Of a stretch of DNA of 64,000 nt, positions 1 to 12,999 are shown one piece after another. The notes under the pieces were generated by a model. It saw nothing but the letters and a program-made list of their open reading frames with translations. It did no database searches and was not told the origin of the DNA. The stretch is taken from NCBI GenBank assembly GCA_001643675.2, contig LSRY02000022.1:930001-994000 (forward strand), read 5' to 3'. This DNA comes from Monocercomonoides exilis PA203. Lineage: Eukaryota; Protista; Preaxostyla. Every line of letters starts with the position of its first letter. The first letter of the stretch is position 1. Both the position numbers and the translations under genes were made by a program.

Positions 1-1059
1 TCAAAAGAATGAGAGAGATGATGATTGATGAAAATAAGAAGAAAAAGGAAATGAACGAAAAAATTCTTACAGATCTCTGTGAATGCTGTCTAACGCTTGG
101 TTTTGACTTCTCGTTTGAATTCCTTTCAATTTGTGTTCCTTGTCTTCTGAAAGCTGCATTGAAGAAAGAGGAAAATGAAGAAACGCAAATGGAAGTGGAA
201 ATGGCATTGTTTGCTTTGAGCAGCATTGGATATTGTGTATGACTATTTCTTTTTTATTTTGAAATAATTGATTTTTTTTTTGTTTTTTTGTTAGAAAGTG
301 CCAAAAGAAATGTATTTAAGTGAACTCAAAGAAATAATCCAATATCACCAGGAGCATCTAAACCTCACTCAGCTTGCTTATCAATCTGCTTGGCAGTTTT
401 TGATAAGAAGAATTTTATGTGATAGAAATTTGGAAGATGTGATTGTGAATGAGCTACATTTTGGAAGAGAAGCAGCAAGAGAGCTGAAAGAACTGACAAG
501 AAATGTGGATTGGAAGAGAGGGAAAGAAGAGGAAAAAGAAAAAGAAACGAAAGAAGTGATTATGACAAGAAGATGGATTGATATTGTTGACAATTTCTTG
601 ACATGGTGCGCATTGTGGAAAGAGGGATTTGTTATGCTTATCTGCAGCGTTGTTCAGGTATTTCGAGCAGCAAAAGTTAATAACGAAGAAATAAGTAGCC
701 GGTGCATTTATTTATTTAGAAGTGCAGCATTTAACTGGAATATGAAAGTTGAAGACTTGCTGAAAGGCGGAGCTGTTGATGCTGTTTTGGAAGAAATGAA
801 GCAATCGACTTTGGATGATGAAGTGACATTTAAGTGCTTGGAATTTTTTGATTTTATTTCAATGCGATTGAAAGGAAAGGAGGAAGAAAAAATGGAAGAA
901 GAAAAAAGAAAGTCGATGAAAAAGAAAGTATTTGAAAAGCTGGAAGAAGAAGGATACGAAGATGCAATTGCAAGCTTTCACGAAACATTTCAGCTTCTTA
1001 ACAAAGAGTGTTATGATGATTTTCCATTGGATATTTCTGATTATTTTTTGAATATTTGA
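1..1059 (+). CDS. Expanded lineage-specific helical (ARM/HEAT-like) family member, copy 1; 5' end outside window; exons <1-236, 295-1059
   Basis: ORFs 9-242 and 298-1059 join in frame via GT-AG intron 237-294. Shares motifs with copies 2 and 3 (ICVPCLLK.A..KEENEETQ.EVE.AL.ALS; HHNL..LAYQS.W.FL; LLKGGAVD; FEK.EEEGYED). Confidence 0.85.
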
Positions 1060-1880
1060 GGAAAACGGGACTTATTTTATATTTAACATCAAAAATTGTG
1101 TTTATTTTCTTTTCCTTTTTTCCTTTTTTTCTTTTTCTGTATTGCCAAATTGATATTTATCAATTTTCATCATTTCTCAAGATGGCAAAAAATTAATTTT
1201 AGAAGAATATTTTACAGTTTATGTATTTTGATTTCACTTCATTTTGATGAAATGAAAATTAAAAATCCAAAAACAGACACCATTTGAAGCTTTTCAAATT
1301 TCTTCTTTTCTTCTTTGAAGGCCTTCCCAAAAGGATTGTTACTTTCTTTTTTTCTCCCCAAATCCCAACTAAATCAAATTGCATCCATTGTTTATCCCCT
1401 TCCTCAAACACTCTTTTTCTCTTTTGATTTCCTTCATCCTCACTTTTTTGTTGAACTTCATCTTATCAGAGGATGAAAAAGAGCTCTTTCAGTGTGTGGC
1501 TGAAGAAGGAAACATGGATGGCTTGATTGTCTGTTCTGATGATCAGAGATCCACAAATTCCTCATTAAACACGAGGATGAATCCCCAAAAAGCAAAAAAG
1601 ATGCACTTTCGATTGCTGATGAAGAGGCAGCAGAAGAAAAGATAACGCATGAACAAAGTGAAACAAGCAAGTTATCAATTGATAGTAACTAATTTTTTGA
1701 ATCCGAAATACAAAAAGTATGAATTCAAACGGTTTGTGAAATGATACTTTACAGAAGCCAATCCATTTTTCTTTAAAACGATAAAAAAAAAGTGAAAAAT
1801 GATCAGCTCGGATGAATACAGTGGAATTACAAAATAATAATAATAATAATAATAAATAGAAAGAATAAAAAACTCATTGC

Positions 1881-3377
1881 TCAGCAAAACACAAAATAAT
1901 CATCAAAATTTTGAAACAAAAAAGGGCACCCAAATATTCTGTACGGAAAGCAATAGCGCAATCCAACCACCCATTCTTCGTATCCGTCTTCCTCCATTTT
2001 TTCAAATAACTTTCTTTTAACCTTTTTCATTTTTGCTGCATCTGTTTCGTCATTCGCATTTCTTTTCAATAGCCCAAAAGCTCCTTTAAAAAAATCCAAA
2101 CAATTCCATGGCTCTTCATCTTTCAATGTTGGTCTGTGAAGTTCCCCCAAAATAATATTAACAGCTCCTCCTTTCAATAAGTCTGCAACATCCACTGTTC
2201 TGTTTTTCGCTGCACTGATCAACGTTTCAACACATTGCGAGCAAATATCCTGACAATTATTCTTCGCTGCTCGATATGCACTTGCGATGCTTCCAATGAG
2301 CCTATCATGCTCTTCACTCAATTCGAAAAACGATAAGTAATTATAAGTTGCTGACAGCCATCTCATCAAAGGAATCTCTTCTCCTCTTTCTTTTTCTCCT
2401 TTTCCTCTTTTCTCTCTCTTCCAATCAACACACTTTGTCAGCTCCTCCAATTCTCCTGCTGCTTCTCTCACAAAATGCAGATCGTCCAAATCAGCCGTTC
2501 CCAAGCTTTTATCGCTCTGCAGTCTGTTCATCAAAAATAGCCACACAGATTGATATGCCAATCGTGATAGATTGTGATGGTCCTGATGATGTTTGATAAC
2601 ATCTTTTGTTTCTTTCAGATACAATTTTTTTGGAACAGTCTGAATAAAGCACAAAAAAAAAAAGAAAAAAAGAAAAAGAAAATGAAATCAAAGAAAGAAA
2701 TAATGAAGTCTATTGCGCAATGATTGCTATCACACCTTCATGAAAGGAATGCAGCTCAAGGCCAACAAAGCCGTTTCAATCTCGTTTTGTGTTTCTTCAT
2801 TTTCCTCCTTGTTCAATGCAACCTTCAAAAATAAAGGCACACAAATGCTAAGCAATTTTTTTGACATAAAAGAATATTGACTCAAAAAATAGCATTCGCA
2901 AAGTTCAATAAGCAGCTTCTCGTTCTTTCCTTCTTTCTTCTTATTTTCTTCAATTATCATCTTTTCAAATTTTTTCCCCAGCAAAGAACCTTCAAAACTT
3001 TCGATGCAAAGCCCTTGTAATGAATTGCAGAATCCAATAAACTTCGACAGCACAATCGTATTTTCCAACGATAGTTTGTTTGCTTTAAGCATTGCGTGAA
3101 TTTCATTAAACAGTTTTGTCTTGAAAATGTATCTGAATTCCTTTCTATCCATCTTGTCCATTAGTCCATAAAGTTCCTCCATTTTTTGTTTTTGCACTTC
3201 TTCCTTGCAATTTCCCAGCTCAGAAAACAATTCTTCAATAAAAAAAAAGAAAGAAAGGAATTCAACTATCACAAATTCAAACACAAAAACACTGACAAAC
3301 CTGTAAATTTTTCAGTATTGTAAGATTTCTGCGGTTCTTCGAATATGGCTTTGTCAGAAAGCTTCTTAATTATTCAT
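1881..3377 (-). CDS. Same helical family, copy 2; exons ~3377-3301, 3232-2736, 2639-1881; start codon appears out of frame
   Basis: ORFs 2730-3284 and 1881-2654 are homologous to copies 1 and 3. GT-AG introns 3300-3233 and 2735-2640 keep frame. The nearest ATG (3377) reads ATG AAT AAT TAA. Confidence 0.8.
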
Positions 3378-4007
3378 ATTTATTCGATAAACGAACACAA
3401 AAAGTTAAAAATAATTGAGTGGACATTAACCCAAAAAGCATAGGCATTTCAAATGCGCACACCATAGTTATCATCATTTGTATATTTGCCAAGCAACTGA
3501 AGAGCAAACCAACGCTTTATCAAATTTCCTTCTTTGTAATGGTTAATTAGATCATATTATTCATTTTCGTTAAGACTTTTCAATAATGCAACGAGAGGTT
3601 GATGATGAAATTTTTCTTTAGAACAGTATTCATTTTTTCTCCGTGATGTGATTGTTCACATGAAATCCATTGAAACAGCTGAGTTTCGAATTAAACATTT
3701 CATATTTGAAAGCGCAGGTGATCTGCTCAAAAAAATTATTTTTTGAAAAAAAATTTGTTCTTGTTTGCTTTTTTTTTTCATATCCTTCTGCTTATTGTGA
3801 ACATGCTTCATTTTGCTGAATTTTCAGAATCAATGGATCTTGTAATTAAAAATTATCCCAATTTTTCATTGCTGAGCGTGACAACCAAAGATGGAATGAT
3901 TATGGTATTTCGATTGAAAGAAAGGAATATATGGTTAATGCACAAGATACTACCTGTCACAAAATTTTCATTTGTCACAGCTATCATGATACCATATTGT
4001 GCACATA

Positions 4008-4366
4008 CAGTTTGCGCAAAAAATACCGGACAAGATCGATATCTCAATAACCGCAAGAGGAATAATTCTGATAATTTTCCTCAAAATATATCTCATCAAT
4101 GCAAACTCAATTGATATACAAAACTTTCAAAAAAACTTCATTTGTGCTCAGAAAAAATAATTTTTGAAATTTCGGAGAAACGAAATATTCTATTTCTCCG
4201 AAATCTAAAAAAATATTTTTTTCAATATTCAATCTTCATGAAAATGGAAGTTTGATATGCCAAATGAGTTTGTATTATTGAGGCATATTTTGAGGAAAAT
4301 TATCAGAATTATTCCACTTGATGTTATTGAGTAATCAATCTTGTCCGGTGTTTTTTGCACAAACTA
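4008..4366. mobile_element. Foldback MITE, probably Tc1/mariner-type (TA|CAGTTTG...CAAACTA|TA), imperfect whole-length palindrome
   Basis: Left arm (agtttgcgcaaaaaataccggacaagat...aataattctgataattttcctcaaaata) is the diverged reverse complement of ~4285-4366. Centre atttcggagaaa...tttctccgaaat. TA flanks at 4006-7 and 4367-8. Confidence 0.75.
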
Positions 4367-4904
4367 TAAGTTTTTTTCTTCCTATTGTGTGCGGAAACTG
4401 AAAAATATGTTATTTTCAATTATCTTGAAAATTCCAAATCCTGTTCAATTTTTAATGAAATAAATGAGTTTTTTTAGGGTTTTCATTTGTTCGCTTTTTT
4501 AATCACAGTTTTAATGTTAGGGTTTTATCCAAAATCAACTTGTTAGTGTTTAATTCTGTTGTATTAATTGCTCAATTTTATTAATTATAAAAATTATTTA
4601 ACATTGATCAAAAAATGCTCTTTTCAAATTAGTGTCAAGTTAAATTTAAAATGTTCAAAGCATATTTGAGTGCATTCTAGTTGAATTTTAAATATTAATC
4701 TGTTTATTGACATTATTGTTGAATATAATTGATGTTGAAAATTTTTGATCAATACCAATTTAGAGGGAAAAAATAATTTGATTCATTTAAAAATAAAAGT
4801 TTCCGCGCAAATGAAAGACATTATAACTTTATGAAACAGTTAACAATAACGTTATAATCATCCACACAGATTTTTATTAACGGTGGTATATTGTGCAATA
4901 ATAT

Positions 4905-5272
4905 TAACTTTCATCATAGGAGTGCACTTTCCTAATGGCCAAACAGTAGCCTTTTCTCAGCAGCTAATGAATGTCGAATTTTGATTTTTTCCAACATCAA
5001 TCGTAAGGTGAATAAAAGCATATGAAGCATTCTGAGAATACTTCATTCTTGTTCATTCATTTTTTAAAAACTAAATTTGTTTTTCGGAGAAACACGGAGA
5101 AATTAGTTATTAAAAAATGAATGAACAAGAATGAAGTATTCTCAGAATGCTTCATATGCTTTTATTCACCTTACGATTGATGTTGGAAAAAATCAAAATT
5201 CGACATTCATTAGCTGCTGAGAAAAGGCTACTGTTTGGCCATTAGGAAAGTGCACTCCTATGATGAAAGTTA
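4905..5272. repeat. Perfect 163-bp inverted repeat with 42-bp spacer (young foldback element or inverted duplication)
   Basis: 4905-5067 reads as the exact reverse complement of 5110-5272 by eye. Confidence 0.92.
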
Positions 5273-5700
5273 CTATTCCTTTATTATCTTTTCCGAAATT
5301 TTTAAAAATGAAAACCGTTTGTCTGTCACTCTCAAAAAATGTTTCATTAATTGATTTTTTCTTTTTCTTTTTATTTGATAAAAAAACAACTATATTTCAA
5401 CAATTATTATCCAAAACTAAAAATTGTGCAGAAATCATAATTATTACATTCGAATGAATAATCATTGAATGCTCATGTGCATTTTGTAAGAATAGCTGAA
5501 TTGGTTTCAAACGATACTTCAAAACTGATCAAAACAGATATAACAAACTTAATGAATTAACCTTTATTTTTTTACTGCTTAATTTGAAAATTGATTGTGC
5601 AAATGAATACAGAATCATTGATTTCGTTGATGTCGGATCTTGAAGCATGTGAACAAGGCTTTATATCTTTTGTATTTGTTAACTTTTTGTGAAAAAGAAA

Positions 5701-8700
5701 ATGAATGATAGAAATGAAATTGCGGAGCATTTTGAAAGAGTAGCGTATGGAAAGTGTTTTTGTTTTGAATGAAATTGGTTTTTGGACATGCAACAGAGAG
5801 AAGGTTGGAGGAGAGCATTTTGATTTCACGGAAGAAGAGGTTGTGTGTGCTGCAAACGTTATGAGAAAAATATGTGTCAAATGGTCGAACGAAAAAGAGA
5901 TTATCGTTTTATGCTCAGAGCTTCTTCGATGCCTCTCAGCAAAAAACTCGAATGGGCTGGGGAACAAAGTCTTTTTGAGAGTTGTTCGAGCCATATTGAA
6001 GGCAAGAGCAGAAGAGTCATCTGAAAATATTTCTCAGATCATCGTTTTGTTGTGTATGTATTATTATTTCCTCCGAGATTTGATATTTGCAATGATATAT
6101 TTTTCGTTTGTTTTTGGAATTGGTGTATAGACGATAGCATGTTGTCAGATGTTGAAGTTTCTGGATTTATCGATTTGGAAATGCAACTTCTTCGGTGTGT
6201 TTCACATGATTGTTTGTTTCTCGCGGTTTTATTGATTCATTGCCTTCTCAATATATTCTCGAACACAACACCACGCGGAGAAAGATTTTCACGCCAGAAA
6301 AGTGTGATCTCGAATGGGTTTGACTTCCTCTTGAAATTGGCACAAAGCAATGAATCTGTGATGAGCATCAGCTTTGCACGTGAAGCGCTGGTGCTGATGC
6401 ATTCGCTTGTTCCCCTCTGCTGCGGGAGTGAGGCGGGAGTGGCAATGGGTCTGATGGCAGAGGCGATTGCAGCGAGGCAAGAGAAAGTGTATCGAGAAAT
6501 GTTGTTTGAAGAGCATGTTCCGATGCTCATTTTGCAGACACAGGGAGAAATGCGACAGCGGCATACGGATAAGAAACAGAAACGAGAAGGGAAAGAAGAA
6601 GGGAAAGATGAAGACAAAGAAGAAGAGAACCGTGAAGCAGATAAGTGCGAAGAGTGGGAGATTTGGAAAAGAGTGTTTTATTTGGTTTATGGAAATTTGG
6701 TGGAGGAAATGGAACTGTCTGTGGAAGATGTGAAGCCTGAAGAGAAAGGAGGAGGAAGAGAAGAAAGAAGAAAGAAGAAAGATGGAAGAGAAAGAAGAGA
6801 AAGAAGAGAAAGAAGAAGAAGTGGAGAATGGTGATGGAAAAGAAGCAGACATGGAAGCATTTATGTTTGGGGAAGAAAAGCAGGAAAAAAAGGAAGTGGC
6901 AAGTTTATTGGCACACCACCTCCAGCCACTTTTGCGAGGCTTGCTGTTGGAAGATGAGGGATTCAGAGTGTTTAGCTGTGAGATGCTGAATAAGTTGCTG
7001 AAGCCGAAAGAAGAAGAGGAAGAGCAGATGAAAGAGCGGTTGAAGAAGACGAATGAATTGGGGAGGAAAAATGAAGGAAGGGAAGGAAGGGAAAGAAACG
7101 AGGAAATCGATCAAAAGCGGAATGGATCATTATCAAACTGTGAAAAAGGGAAAGGGAAAGTGAAAAGCAGGCAAAAAAGCAGCAAAGGCAACAAGAAAGC
7201 GAAAGGAAAGGCAAAAAGGAGAAGGAGATGAAGCACTCAAAATTGGATTCATGGCTTATGAAGGAAAAAGAGAAATAGGAGAAAAAGAAAAAGAAAAAGA
7301 AAAGCAGAGCAGACGGAGAGAAATGAGAAGGGGGTGGGTTTTGTTTGCTGCAAACGGAGGCTTTCCCCAAATTTCGTGTGCTTTGAAGCGAGAACTGCTG
7401 AACAGGAAGCAGGAAGCATCTGAAGCTACTGAACAAGGAATGTGCGCGTATGAGTTGAATGCTTGCTGTTCTGCTTCTTTTTCACCATCTTCTCCTTCTC
7501 CTTTTCCTTCTTCCGCATCATCACCATCAACCTCATCTTCTTCTTTTTTTGTTCCTCCATTCAATTTAGCTGAGTTTTATGCCTTGTGTATCAGCTGCTC
7601 GATTTGCCATTTGAAAAGCTATTTCGATGTTTTGAATGCTGTTTTGCTGTTCATGTGGATTGCAGACACGAAAAATGGGGCTAATGTGGAAGTTTTGGAG
7701 AGACTATTTGTGGCTTTGAACGAAATAGTCCGAAAGAACAGTTTGTGAGCAAGTCACAATTTTTTTCCCTTTCTTTCTTTTGATGTGGTGAATTTTTGTT
7801 GGTCATTTTCTTTTTCTTTTTTTCTTTCTTTATTTTTTCTGTTGTTTGGCTTCTCTTGCTTTCAATATCATTTTCTTCCATTTTTCGTTCAAATGCCATG
7901 TTCAATCTCTCTTTTCTTAATTAACGACTCTTTCAGATTTCCAAAGTTCTGTTCTTCTGTCTGTTTTGACGAGCAAAGAAGCACTGTCTTCTTTTCAGTC
8001 TGTTTTCTCGTCTTCCCACCCGCTCAGCCAAAACATGCTTCTTCATCTTCTTTCGGGCTCTCTGAAGTCTGTCAGACAGAATTTGATTTCTGAAAGACTG
8101 AAAACGAATTCATTTCGTTCTTCTTTGTCTTCGTTTCCATCATCTGCTTCTTCCTCTTCATCGTCAAACTCTTGAAATGTCCCAACACTTCTTCTTCTTC
8201 TTCACCCACCGCAGACTTCTTCGCTCAAATTGCCTAAGTTTCTGCAGCCTCTCATCAAGCAGTCACTTGCAGACCTTCTTTATTATTCAGTGTGTTGCAA
8301 TCGAACTTCCTCTCGTGCTACTGTGTCTGATTCGCTGAGTGTGCTTTCTGCAATATTTGCAGCGTCACCGCAGATTGCAAAGAGCTTTGCCTGTGGAAGT
8401 GTGATGGAAATGCTGAAGAAAATGAGGAGAAGTGAAGAATCTGGGCTGAAAAGTGAAGCATCCGATGATGAAGAAGAAGAAGGAAAAGGAGAATGAATGA
8501 AAGGAGATAAAGGAAGAGAGGATGAAGAAGGAAAAACAGAATCTGTGTTTGAGAGCAAAGTGTGCTTTAAAGAAGAGTTCGAAAGTGTGGCATCAAAAGC
8601 AGCAGAATTGTGTGTGGTTTATATGCACAATGTTGAGAATACAGAACAACTCATGAACTTAAAAGTTGAGGAAGAGATTGAAGAAGAAGAAGAAATTGCG

Positions 8701-11046
8701 ATTGAAAGCATGAAAAGAGGAGATGTGGAGTGCTGTTATGCTTCGTTGTGTGTCTTGAGTAAGCTGCTTGTCTTGAACAGAGATAAGCCATCAGCCAAGA
8801 AGGAAGTTGAGCGCAACAGCGAAAAGTTGGCAAAAGCGTTTTTCAAATGTGTTGCAGAAATCAAAGAGGAAACACTGTTCTTTGAGCGTCTTCCATTTTT
8901 GGATGTGCTTGCCGTTGGTCTTCTTTCTGTTCTGAGCGAAAGAGCGCAGCTGCTCAACCGTTCAACACGCAAGCACGTGCGCGAGTTTGTTTTGAGAGCC
9001 ATTTCTGTTCCTGAGTCTGTGCAGAACAAGATGGATATGCATTTTGAGAGGCAAACAAAAGAAGCAGTCCTTGATCAGCCTGAGGAAAACAAGAACGAAG
9101 TTGCAATCAGGGACAGATTTGACACGGTTTATTCTGCGAAGGGGCTGTTTGATGAGGATGATGGTAATAATTTTGCAAATGTCAATCCTTTTGATGATGA
9201 TGATGGCTTTGAGGAAAGAGAGGAATTGCCTGAAAGAGGAGACATGAGAGATGGGACGAAAACATAGAATGAGATTCAAACAGTTTCCGATGGAGGAGAT
9301 GCAAATGGCGATGAAGTTAAAATTCGATCATTTTCATCGTCTTTGTCATCATCATTGTCGTTATCGTCTTCTTCTTCTTTCGAAATTCATTCACATCATT
9401 CAATCCTTTCGCTTGATGGATGTTCTTGTACTGTCGATGTCCTTTCTTGTTTGTGCTCATCAACAACAAAGTCCTTCGCTCTCAATTTGAATTCAAACGA
9501 CTATTCTGAACTCAAAAGCTGCTTGCAGGCTTTTGCGCCAATCTGTTTGGCATGCCCATCGTTGGCGGCACGCTGCACATCGAATGTCACAGCAGCTCTG
9601 GAGAAACTTCGAAGGGTCAAATATGATGTGTATGTTCAGACGGTCGAGCAGTTGGAGCACTCTTCTCAGGAACAGTTTGACTTCTACTCAAAATCAAAAA
9701 TGAGTGTTGCGATCTGCTGCTTGTTGAAAAAAGACATGACCAAAATCGAGCGAGTGGAGATAACTCTGCACTTGCTGTGCAACTTGATCACTTTGTTTCC
9801 TTCTGGTTTCAACGCAATCTATTATTGTGCTGTTCGAGAGGATGTATTCAAATACATAAGCTATCCGTTTGAGATGCTGTTTGAGAGAGAAATGCCTCAA
9901 TATAGTGAGAAAGCGAAAGAGTTGGCTGAAACTTTATTTATTCGCCTGTCATTGGCAAGGCAGCAATTCTCTCTGTTGAAGAATCATTCCACTCTTCATA
10001 GGGTATATTCTTGCACGCTCAACATAGCATAGATGCGAAATGGGATGTTGGCTGTTTGTTTTGCAATGTTTGATTTGAAAGTGTCAGAAAGAACGCTAAG
10101 TGAATTGGTGCTGCATTTATGTTTGAACGTATTGGCCAGAGATTCGAACAGAAAGAACAAAAACGACAGAGAAAACAAATACTTCAAAGATAACGAGGAA
10201 TCGATCTGCGCAATGTTTCAAGGAATGGCAGACATGTTTGAAAAAGGTGTGAATAAGACCTTTTTTTATTGATTTTATTCTGTTTATAAATGAATCGTTA
10301 TTCATTTATTTTTGCCTGTTCATTTAAATATTCGGATTCTTCAAATTTAAAACTCCGTAATTATGTGGGCATTATGAAACGTTTTTTTAGGTTATCGTTC
10401 CGCAGTTGGAAAGCTCTTTGCTGACAAAAGAGCTTTCAAAATGATTGAAACATGCTTCAAGCAAACGCTTCATCCATATACTCTGAGCACTATCGGGTTG
10501 TTTTTGAGGGATATAGCGAGACACTGGTCAGGAAAGTTAAACATCGATTTCATTCAACTGCTTGAAAATTGGGAAAGAGACGTGAAGAAAAGCATGAAAG
10601 CAATAGAGCCACATTTTTGTGAAGTACTTGGGATTATTTGTTTGGACATTGCAGTTTGTGGATCTTTTCATTCAATTCTTATTGAGGTGTCGAAAAAGTT
10701 GATGGAGTTGGGCTCAAAAATGCTTACAGCACCAACAATTTCTGTTGCTGAAGCTATGCATAAATGGGCTCCATCACCTGTGCTGTTGAGTTCGAGTGCT
10801 GTAACATTGCACACGAATTGCATGCTTTCTCTTGGCATCTCCTATTATCGCTTGGCAGTTTACAATTCTTTGGTCAAAGCTATTAAATATGCAGATAAGC
10901 ATCGGCTTTCGAGATATTTTTTGGAGGTGATGGAAGAACAGGGAATGGAGGATGCCATCTATGCGAAGTGTTATTCAGATGGTTGGATAGAATCATTCAA
11001 ATACCTTGTTTATGCTTTCATGCGTTTCAAAAAGGCTGAAGGGTGA
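5701..11046 (+). pseudogene. Large (~1600-codon) helical-repeat-like gene, disrupted; introns 6054-6130, 7741-7936, 10247-10390
   Basis: Chain of + ORFs joined by frame-compatible GT-AG introns. In-frame stops at 8173 (TGA), 8494 (TGA), 9265 (TAG), 10030 (TAG). Frameshifts near 5745, 6790 and 7200. C-terminus VMEEQGMEDAI. Confidence 0.75.
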
Positions 11047-12263
11047 AGGGATCAGTCATGCTAAAGGAATTTGTTTGTTTTTTCTCTTCACAAGCACTTT
11101 GCTTGCAGATGTGCTGCCTGCCAAAATGATTTGTTAAAATATGTTTGTTTCTGTGTGTTTTTCAAGATGGAGCTCAATAACGCTTTCTTTTCCTTTCTTT
11201 TCCTTCTTTTCAACATTATCATTTCATGGTTTATGTTGATAATTATTGTTATTTATTCCAATTATTTTTATTTGATTCGCAATAATCGTTGAATATTTCA
11301 AAAAAAATTGAGATTCATATGAGCAATAAGAATTAATCTAAATAAACATGTGTCATCATTTCTTTCCTATCGAAAAATTTCTAATTTATTTTGTCTCAAA
11401 GAGTTCGTGTCTGGCAGCACCCAGCTCGAAAAGAAAGGGATGGAGTTTTGACAAAATACTGCCCAATCTCCAAAACCATCTTCCTCCATTTTTTCAAAGA
11501 TTGTTCATCATTCTCACTTGCTGTCACACAAAGCTTCTTATGATGGCTGTCATTCTTGCGTTTTAAATCTCTTCTCAATCGAAAATACCAAAAAAACTCA
11601 TTTATCATCAAAATCCATCTCACAATAATCCACTTAAAATTCCATCCATCCATTCTGTACATTCTATTTTTTTCTTTTTCACCAATTTCTTTTTCATTTA
11701 AAAAATCACCAAATTTTGAAATGACTAGTGCATTGCAAAATTAATTTTCGTTTTTCTTTTCTTTTTGATTTAGACTATATTCGGGTTATGATTATATCTA
11801 GACCTTTTTCTTTTTTCCCTTGTCAGCAGCTATACACAAGCATGCGATAAATGAAAAATAAACAAAAATGTTTGAAACGATTTGATTTCCTTGTTCTTTA
11901 TTTTTTTTCAATATTTCATGTTTTATAAAAAGATCGAGGATTATAATAATTTTATATTTTGATCATTGACTTGCTGCTTTTCCATCGAATACTTATTCTC
12001 AGAAGTTTTAAACTTTCATATCATAAAACATCGTTTCTTTTTTATAAGTTGAACTTGTTTAAAACTTTCTCAATTTTTTTATTTGACATTTTTTCTCATT
12101 TCACACATTTTTTCATAAAACACGATTAAAGGATACATGCGAATTTGCTTTGAAATTTAATGAATTGATAAATAAACATTATTAAAATGTTACGATTCTT
12201 GTGTGTTAAAATGATTATTTATTTGTATATGTTTGGTAATTTGAATAACAAAAAAATCATATA

Positions 12264-12300
12264 GGGTGATTTATAAACCCGAACATTTTCATAAACCCGG
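12264..12300 (+). mobile_element. Orphan pogo-type terminal repeat (TA|GGGTGATTTATAAACCCG...ATAAACCCG)
   Basis: Same TA-GGGT start and doubled internal motif as the TIRs at 46706 and 58823. No matching partner end seen in the window. Confidence 0.5.
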
Positions 12301-12999
12301 TTATTTATTTTGTTCAATGAAACAGAATAAATACAACATAAAAATATAAAAAGCAAACTTTTACACGTTTATTTTACTATTTAACGACAGAACTAAAATT
12401 TTTATGTTTCAATTTTTGTTTTTGACGAAGATCAAAGGAATTTTAAATTTATTTTTGATCATTTGTTTTGCTCGTTTTGAATCAACTCTCATTTTTTGTT
12501 TGTTTTTAATTACAAGTTCATAAAACATACATAATGAAGTTTTATTATTCGAAATGTTTTATGTTTTTATCTATTTTTTCTATTGTTTTTCTCATTTCAT
12601 CATTTTTGACAAATAATATGAAAATATGAAAATATCTATGCTTTTATATGATATAAACATTTATATGGGAGAAGATTTTTTAAAAAATTACCACAGATCA
12701 AAAATTTTATCCATAATAATTTTGTTTTATTATTCATTTTCCAACTTCCACAAGTTATATGCATTTGATCAAGGCAAGTATTATATTATGAACTCTTTAA
12801 GGAAAAAAAACAATTTTTTTTGAATTTCAGTCTTTGTTACATCCATTGATCAAATTGATATTGCATTTATTCGATAATCGCTTTGCAGAAGAAGAAAAAT
12901 CTTTTTATTTTCAAACTTTCTTTTGAACGTCATTGGGATGTTTGGTTGATCAAACAAAATAATTGAAGTTTGGATAAATTTTTCAAGATTAAACATTTT

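Noticed and set aside
4385-4812. Short inverted match TGTGCGGAAACT / AGTTTCCGCGCA
   Set aside because: Only 11 of 12 bp match, with no clear TSD; too weak to call an element.
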